From a virus, in the IMG/VR virus record IMGVR_UViG_3300007609_000008, positions 61,422 to 125,421 of that record: DNA of 64,000 bases. One strand, 5' to 3'. Of this stretch, positions 58,396-64,000 are shown piece after piece (the first letter of the stretch is position 1; each line of letters starts with the position of its first letter). The notes beneath the pieces were generated by a model. That model searched no databases. It was given only the letters and a program-made list of their open reading frames with translations, and was not told the origin of the DNA. A program made the position numbers and the translations under genes.

Positions 58396-59296
58396 AGAAT
58401 TTAGAAATCTCAAAGAAGCTGCTAAGTGCAGCAAGTGTGGTTGCGATCCAATGAACCCTAAAGAAGGTTGCGATTGTTCACACAAAGAAATGAAAGAAGA
58501 GCCTATGGACGGTGTAGCTGCTGGCTCACTTGAAGGCGACAAGCACATGTGTGCAACTAAAATCTTTAAAGAAGGTCTAGGCGAAGGCACTCCTGTTCAC
58601 GGTGAGCATGCTATCCCTGACGAAGCAGGCAACATTTCTTGGTACAAAGTTATGTTTGAACATGGCATCGAGACTGTAGACGTTGAAGAAGAAGGCGTTG
58701 AGATTCTTATGTCAGAAGCTCATATGAACCATAAAAAAAAAGTAAAGGAAAATGTTGAGCTAGACGAAGTTTCAAATAAACTGGCAAAAAGCTATTACAA
58801 TAAAGCTGCTAAAGATATTGGCCGTCAAGCAGGCAACGCACAAGCATCAAGACATTTTGCGGCTGACTCAAAGCGTAAAGCTGGTAGCAGTTATCAATCG
58901 TCTTCACTGGGTGTTAGAAAAACCACAGATGACGATAAAAAGCAACACAGTGACTCAGCAGACAGTGCAACGGCTAGTGCTAAGAATGCCGAGCGAAAGA
59001 TTAAAAACCGTGCAACAGGTATGTCTAGGGCTGCTGATAGAATGAAAGAAGAAGTCGAAGAGATTGAAGAAGTCTCTAAGAAGACTTTAGGTTCTTACAT
59101 TAAAAAAGCAACTGCTAGTTACGGTACAAGAGAAAGAATCGGAAAGGATTTTGAAAGAGATTCTGAAACTGGTTCTGCAAAGTCAAGAAACTCAGCGGGC
59201 AGGCTAGCAAGAGAGTATAGAGCAGGCGCACAAAAAAGAAAAGTTGGTATTGAAAAAGCTACAGATAGACTAGTAAACAAAAAGAAAGACGACTAA
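58382..59296 (+). CDS. putative internal head protein with CTS-like N-terminus
   Basis: Start ATG 58382 gives MKTFKEFRNLKEA; repeated VELDE/IEE sites; ORF-track start 58319 overlaps the previous gene. Confidence 0.65.
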   Translation: MKTFKEFRNLKEAAKCSKCGCDPMNPKEGCDCSHKEMKEEPMDGVAAGSLEGDKHMCATKIFKEGLGEGTPVHGEHAIPDEAGNISWYKVMFEHGIETVDVEEEGVEILMSEAHMNHKKKVKENVELDEVSNKLAKSYYNKAAKDIGRQAGNAQASRHFAADSKRKAGSSYQSSSLGVRKTTDDDKKQHSDSADSATASAKNAERKIKNRATGMSRAADRMKEEVEEIEEVSKKTLGSYIKKATASYGTRERIGKDFERDSETGSAKSRNSAGRLAREYRAGAQKRKVGIEKATDRLVNKKKDD

Positions 59297-59309
59297 TTGG
59301 AGATAAGAG

Positions 59310-59699
59310 ATGGCGGCGGTAACTACAGTTCTTAAACTTACACAAGTACAGGGTGTTGTAAAAGTACATGGCGAGAATAGCGACTCTGCCACTATTGCTT
59401 TGGCAACTACTTTAAAGAAGACAACCGAGACTCAATCTTCACCAGTAGCAAATATTAGAAGAATTTATTGGTCAACTGACAAAAATGCGGACATTACTAT
59501 CACAAGAAATGGCGTAGTATGTTGGGATCTTTTTGGTTACGGTGATCTTGAGTTCAATGGCTTTGCAGACAACGAAGAAAATGATTCTGATGTCGTAGTA
59601 GATTTCAACAATGGCCACGGAACTATCATTATTGAATTTGCAAAAGTATCTGGATATGGACCACAAGATCATCAAGGCGCTGATGGAGACTTAGGATAA
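59310..59699 (+). CDS. hypothetical protein in head cluster
   Basis: ORF with GGAG, between core proteins and gp21. Confidence 0.7.
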   Translation: MAAVTTVLKLTQVQGVVKVHGENSDSATIALATTLKKTTETQSSPVANIRRIYWSTDKNADITITRNGVVCWDLFGYGDLEFNGFADNEENDSDVVVDFNNGHGTIIIEFAKVSGYGPQDHQGADGDLG

Positions 59700-60358
59700 T
59701 GAAACTAATAAAAGAAGTTACAGAAGAGATTAAATATATCTCTGAACTCAATGAAGAGACAGGCAAGAAGAGTCACTTCATTGAAGGCGTTTTCTTACAA
59801 TCTAATCTGAAGAATCGTAACGGCAGAATGTATCCTAAAGAAGTGATGCAGAAAGAAGTTGCACGATACACTGCGGAATCTATTGATAAGAAAAGAGCAT
59901 ACGGTGAGCTTGGACACCCTGAAGGTCCTACAGTAAACCTTGATCGTGTTTCTCATATGATTGTTGGTCTTCGTGAAGACGGCGACAACTACATTGGTAG
60001 AGCAAAGATTCTTGATACACCTATGGGTCGTATTGTAAAAGAACTTATTGACGAGGGTGCCAGCTTAGGCGTTAGCTCTCGTGGATTGGGTTCACTCAAA
60101 GAAAGAAACGGTGTCAATGAAGTACAAGAAGACTTCATGTTAGCTACTGCTGCTGATATTGTCGCTGATCCTTCTGCTCCTGATGCGTATGTTCAAGGCA
60201 TCATGGAAAACAAAGAGTGGACATTTGTGAACGGCATCTTTCAAGAAAAAGAACTTGAAGAGTCTAAGGGTAAAATTCTAGCTGCATCTACAAAAGAGCT
60301 TGAAGCAGTTAAACTAGAAGTCTTTGAGAACTTTTTGAGCAAGTTGTCTAAAATTTAA
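59699..60358 (+). CDS. gp21: prohead protease
   Basis: IEGVFLQS..KNRNGR.YP, GELGHP, RVSH.I, ILDTPMG, GVSSRG.GS, D.VADPSAPDA. Confidence 0.97.
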   Translation: MKLIKEVTEEIKYISELNEETGKKSHFIEGVFLQSNLKNRNGRMYPKEVMQKEVARYTAESIDKKRAYGELGHPEGPTVNLDRVSHMIVGLREDGDNYIGRAKILDTPMGRIVKELIDEGASLGVSSRGLGSLKERNGVNEVQEDFMLATAADIVADPSAPDAYVQGIMENKEWTFVNGIFQEKELEESKGKILAASTKELEAVKLEVFENFLSKLSKI

Positions 60359-60363
60359 TTTTT

Positions 60364-60371
60364 TATAAATA
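60364..60371 (+). promoter_or_regulatory. late promoter TATAAATA for gp22
   Basis: Exact consensus. Confidence 0.8.
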
Positions 60372-60412
60372 TATATTGTACAAAAGTAATACAACCTAAT
60401 AGGAGAATAAAC

Positions 60413-61573
60413 ATGGGTGTAGAATCCAAAATCCGAGAGCTTATGGAAGGCGCTGCAAATCGCCCCAAAGATAAGCAACAAGGTGACGCTTCTAATCCTA
60501 CTCAAGGAGATTCAAACGCTAATCCCGAAATGCAAGACCTTAGTGGTACTGGCAACAAGGAAGGCGGATTGACTTCACCTGTAGGCAAAGCGGCTTCAGG
60601 CAAAGAATCTAAAGACACTACTCTTCCTAAGGGAGCTGGTGCTAAAGAGGCTCCTGCTAACTTCGAGAACGACAAGCCATCTGAGACTGACGTAATGAAA
60701 AAAGCATCAGCCGGTAACGTTGCTAAAGAAGACGTTGACGTAGATGACGAAGTTATTGCCGAAGACGAAGTAGTCGAAGAAGATGCAATCGTTGAAGACG
60801 AAGAAGTATCAGAAGAAGATGCGATCACTGAAGAAGAAGCACTAGAAGAAGCTGCTCTTTTCGAAGCTGATCTGTCTGCACTCTTTGCTGACGAAGAGCA
60901 TCTCACAGAAGAATTTAAAGTAAAAGCAGCCGAAGTATTTGAAGCTGTTGTTACATCACGAGTTAGTGCTGAAATTGCACAAATTGAAGAAGAGCTTACT
61001 GAGGCAGCAAACGTAGAGTTTGAGTCACAGTTGGAGCAAATGGTAGAAAACATTGATAAGTATCTTTCTTATGTTACAGAAAACTGGATGACTGAAAATC
61101 AAATCGCTGTCGAAAGCGGTATTCGTACAGAAGTAACTGAGTCATTTATCAAAGGTTTACAGCAAGTATTCTCAGAGCATTACATTGACGTTCCAGAAGA
61201 AAAGTATGATGTAATGACTGAAATGCAAAGTCAAATTGATGAGCTTACTGCAAAGCTAGACGAGCAAGTTGAGTCTAATATTGCAATTAAAGAAGAAGCC
61301 ATTATGCTGAAGAAGCAATCAGTGCTTGCTAAGATTTCAGAAGACCTTGCGTCTACTGAAGCAGAAAAGTTTGCCGCATTAGTCGAAGACATTACCTACA
61401 CAGGTATGGATTCATATGAGCAAAAACTTCAAGTCGTTAAAGAAAACTATTTTCCAGCCGAAAAGTCGTTGACTGAAGACAAACTTGAAGACACATTTGA
61501 AGCTACATCAGAAGTAACTAATACAGTTATGTCTAAGTATGCTCAAGCAATTTCAAAAACAGCTAAGTTCTAA
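60413..61573 (+). CDS. gp22: prohead scaffold protein
   Basis: Acidic; L.EEFK.KA..VFEA.V, DKYL.YV...W..EN..A.E.GIR.E..ESF..GL...F.EHY. Confidence 0.95.
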   Translation: MGVESKIRELMEGAANRPKDKQQGDASNPTQGDSNANPEMQDLSGTGNKEGGLTSPVGKAASGKESKDTTLPKGAGAKEAPANFENDKPSETDVMKKASAGNVAKEDVDVDDEVIAEDEVVEEDAIVEDEEVSEEDAITEEEALEEAALFEADLSALFADEEHLTEEFKVKAAEVFEAVVTSRVSAEIAQIEEELTEAANVEFESQLEQMVENIDKYLSYVTENWMTENQIAVESGIRTEVTESFIKGLQQVFSEHYIDVPEEKYDVMTEMQSQIDELTAKLDEQVESNIAIKEEAIMLKKQSVLAKISEDLASTEAEKFAALVEDITYTGMDSYEQKLQVVKENYFPAEKSLTEDKLEDTFEATSEVTNTVMSKYAQAISKTAKF

Positions 61574-61584
61574 TATTAATTTTT

Positions 61585-61592
61585 TATAAATA
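61585..61592 (+). promoter_or_regulatory. late promoter TATAAATA for gp23
   Basis: Exact consensus. Confidence 0.82.
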
Positions 61593-61637
61593 GTACTGTT
61601 ATTATAAAAACAAAACTGAAACAACAAGGAGACTTAA

Positions 61638-62912
61638 ATGTATCTTTCAGAGCAAATTGAGAGCAAGTGGGCACCAGTCCTCGAGCATGCAGACCTGCAG
61701 CCTATCGCAGATCCGTATAAGAAGGCCGTAACTGCTGTAGTTCTCGAAAACCAAGAAAAAGCCCTCGCTGAAGAGCGTGGCATCATGGAAGCAACTCACG
61801 CTAACCAAACTGGTGGCGGTGTTGATAACTACGACCCAATCCTAATCAGCCTTGTTAGACGAGCATTGCCTAACTTGATGGCTTATGACGTTGCTGGTGT
61901 TCAGCCAATGACTGGTCCTACTGGTTTGATCTTCGCTATGAAGTCACACTATGAAAGCCAGACTGGTACTGAAGCACTCTTCAACGAAGCTGATACTGAC
62001 TTCTCTGGTAGTTCTGCTGATGGCCCTAACCACGCAGGTTCTAACCCTGTTGACGGTACTTACACTACAGGTACTGGTGTATCTACTGCAACTGCTGAAG
62101 GCTTCGGCGACTCAACTACTCTTAACGAGATGGCTTTCTCAATCGAGAAGACTACTGTTACAGCTAAGTCTCGTGCATTGAAAGCTGAGTACACAATCGA
62201 ACTCGCACAAGACCTGAAAGCAATCCACGGTCTGGACGCTGAGTCTGAGCTTTCTAACATTCTTTCACAAGAAATTCTTGCTGAAATCAACCGTGAAGTA
62301 ATCCGTACTATCTACAAGGTAGCTAAGCCGGGTGCTGCTTCAACTGCAACTGCTGGTACTTTCGACCTTGACGTTGACTCAAACGGTCGTTGGTCAGTAG
62401 AGCGTTTCAAAGGTCTCTTGTTCAACATCGAGCGTGATGCGAACGTGATTGCACAAGATACTCGTAGAGGCAAAGGTAACTTCATCATCTGTTCATCAGA
62501 TGTTGCAAGTGCTCTCGCAATGGCTGGCGTACTCGATTACACACCTGCTCTCTCTACTAACCTAAACGTTGACGATACTGGTAACACTTTCGCTGGTGTT
62601 CTCAACGGTCGTTACAAAGTTTACATCGATCCATACAGTGCTAACACTGGTGCTGCATCGCAGTTCTACGTTGCTGGCTACAAAGGTACTAGCGCATATG
62701 ACGCTGGTCTCTTCTACTGCCCATACGTACCTCTGCAAATGGTTCGTGCGATTGACCCATCGACTTTCCAGCCTAAGATCGGCTTTAAGACTCGTTACGG
62801 CATGATCGCTAACCCATACGTAACTCAGTCTGACGGTACTACTGACGGTGATACATTCACTGCTTCACGTAACCAGTACTACAGAAAAGTTAAAGTCACG
62901 AATCTCATGTAA
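61638..62912 (+). CDS. gp23: major capsid protein
   Basis: KWAPVL, LVRRALPNLMAYDV.GVQPMTGPTGLIFAM, AKSRALKAEY..ELAQDLKAIHG.DAE, FQPKIGFKTRYG. Confidence 0.99.
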   Translation: MYLSEQIESKWAPVLEHADLQPIADPYKKAVTAVVLENQEKALAEERGIMEATHANQTGGGVDNYDPILISLVRRALPNLMAYDVAGVQPMTGPTGLIFAMKSHYESQTGTEALFNEADTDFSGSSADGPNHAGSNPVDGTYTTGTGVSTATAEGFGDSTTLNEMAFSIEKTTVTAKSRALKAEYTIELAQDLKAIHGLDAESELSNILSQEILAEINREVIRTIYKVAKPGAASTATAGTFDLDVDSNGRWSVERFKGLLFNIERDANVIAQDTRRGKGNFIICSSDVASALAMAGVLDYTPALSTNLNVDDTGNTFAGVLNGRYKVYIDPYSANTGAASQFYVAGYKGTSAYDAGLFYCPYVPLQMVRAIDPSTFQPKIGFKTRYGMIANPYVTQSDGTTDGDTFTASRNQYYRKVKVTNLM

Positions 62913-62946
62913 GAATAAAAAGAATTGCTTAAAGCAATCACTTTTG

Positions 62947-62972
62947 AAAGGGCTCTTCGGAGCCCTTTTTTT
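62947..62972 (+). terminator. Rho-independent terminator, C(UUCG)G loop
   Basis: AAAGGGCTC-TTCG-GAGCCCTTT followed by more T. Confidence 0.92.
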
Positions 62973-63019
62973 ATGTCTGTAAAAAAGTGTGACAAACTAG
63001 TAATGTGATTTCAACGTAT

Positions 63020-63027
63020 TATAAATA
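63020..63027 (+). promoter_or_regulatory. late promoter TATAAATA for ORF 63060
   Basis: Exact consensus after the gp23 terminator. Confidence 0.75.
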
Positions 63028-63059
63028 GTACACATTAATTCAATTAACGAAGGTGTATT

Positions 63060-64000
63060 ATGAAAAAACTACTATCGATGGTTACATTTTTTGCTGTAGG
63101 ATTTGTTGCAGGCGGAGTCAACGCACAAACATATACAGAAGAAGTGGCAAATATTATTAACGAGAACTGTGTAGTATGTCATCGTCAAGGCGGCATAGGA
63201 CCAATGAGTTTCGAAACATACGAGCAAGTTCGTCCATGGGCACCACTGATTGCTATGAAAGTAGCATCACGAGAAATGCCTCCTTATGCATACGATCACG
63301 GCATTGGCATTCAAGACCTACAAGGCGATTGGCGACTAGCACAAGAAGATATTGACACAGTAGTAGCATGGGTAAATGGCGGTTCTATTTATGGAGACGC
63401 TGACACAGTAGTACAAGCACCAGAGATGAGAGATCCAGAAGCATGGAACTTTGAAGGCGACTTCGGTGCACCTGACGCAATCATTCCTTCAGTTGCTATT
63501 GACATTCCTGCAAACGGCAATGATCTATGGCACAAGCATCTAGTACCAAGCGGTCTCAGCGAGGACAGATGCATCAAAGCAGTACAAGTGAAGCCACGAG
63601 GTGCAGCTAAGTCAGTAGTACATCACGCTAACTCAAGTATTCTCACAGCAGAAGGGCGTGAAGGCATGCTCACTGAGTACGCTATGGGAAAGTGGGGAGA
63701 GATTGTACCAGAAGGAGTCTGTCGTACGATCCCCGCAGACGCACAAATCAGTTGGGATATTCACATGTTCCCAGGTGGTCTTGGAGCAATGGCCCCAGGT
63801 TCTGTCATCAAAGACAATGTGGTAGAGATTGGTCTCTGGTTATACACAGAAGAGGAAAGCGAACAATTAAAATACAAACAAGATTTGAGTTTGTATCGCT
63901 TAGGGGATCAGGACGATCTGGTTATCCCACCCAATGGATATGCAATGACACAAGGTTTCCATTCTTTCGACCATCCTGTGCGTTTAGATAGTTTCCAACC
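63060..64000 (+). CDS. secreted cytochrome c / copper type II monooxygenase (PHM-like) fusion, 3'-truncated by the window, not in ORF track
   Basis: Manual translation: signal peptide MKKLLSMVTFFAVGFVAGGVNA, CVVCH (63168-63182), REMPP, VVHHAN (HH at 63621-63626), DIHM; frame open to the end (..LDSFQP). Confidence 0.8.
   Translation, partial: MKKLLSMVTFFAVGFVAGGVNAQTYTEEVANIINENCVVCHRQGGIGPMSFETYEQVRPWAPLIAMKVASREMPPYAYDHGIGIQDLQGDWRLAQEDIDTVVAWVNGGSIYGDADTVVQAPEMRDPEAWNFEGDFGAPDAIIPSVAIDIPANGNDLWHKHLVPSGLSEDRCIKAVQVKPRGAAKSVVHHANSSILTAEGREGMLTEYAMGKWGEIVPEGVCRTIPADAQISWDIHMFPGGLGAMAPGSVIKDNVVEIGLWLYTEEESEQLKYKQDLSLYRLGDQDDLVIPPNGYAMTQGFHSFDHPVRLDSFQ

Noticed and set aside
52347-62912. Introns, inteins or homing endonucleases in terminase, portal, sheath or capsid genes
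   Set aside because: All are continuous ORFs of expected length, with no HNH, GIY-YIG, LAGLIDADG or intein motifs seen.
1-64000. Stop-codon reassignment
   Set aside because: TAA, TAG and TGA all terminate conserved genes at the expected positions and core genes are unbroken, consistent with the standard bacterial code.

Overview
This window is part of a lytic T4-like myophage genome, most similar in layout to marine T4-like phages. The host is probably a proteobacterium, which is inferred only from the tmRNA tag and accessory genes. 1-7 kb holds phoH, an early operon (T-even-type DNA glycosyltransferase, tRNA-Arg, exonuclease), a circularly permuted two-piece tmRNA (tag ANDEAFSLAA), a SleB-like hydrolase, a sugar epimerase and gp33-gp59-gp32. 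7-11.4 kb is an inverted block: tape-measure candidate, gp51-like, gp26, gp54-like, gp2 and gp4. 11.5-63 kb is the virion module (gp48, 53, 27-like, 5, 25, 6, 7, 8, VrlC-like, fibres, gp13-23) under many TATAAATA late promoters. The most notable signals are: (1) two parallel modules in which an adaptor gene and a mirror-symmetric repeat protein are followed by oxygenase and glycosyltransferase genes, one pairing a prolyl-hydroxylase-like enzyme with a GT60/Gnt1-type hydroxyproline GlcNAc transferase, a candidate virion hydroxylation/glycosylation system; (2) a T_TTT_TTC -1 frameshift site that would fuse gp26 to an unannotated 52-aa gp51-like ORF just upstream of the tape-measure candidate; (3) the permuted tmRNA; (4) a secreted cytochrome c / copper-monooxygenase-like gene under a late promoter, truncated at the window end and absent from the ORF track. 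Family assignments come from motif recognition and recall, not from database searches.
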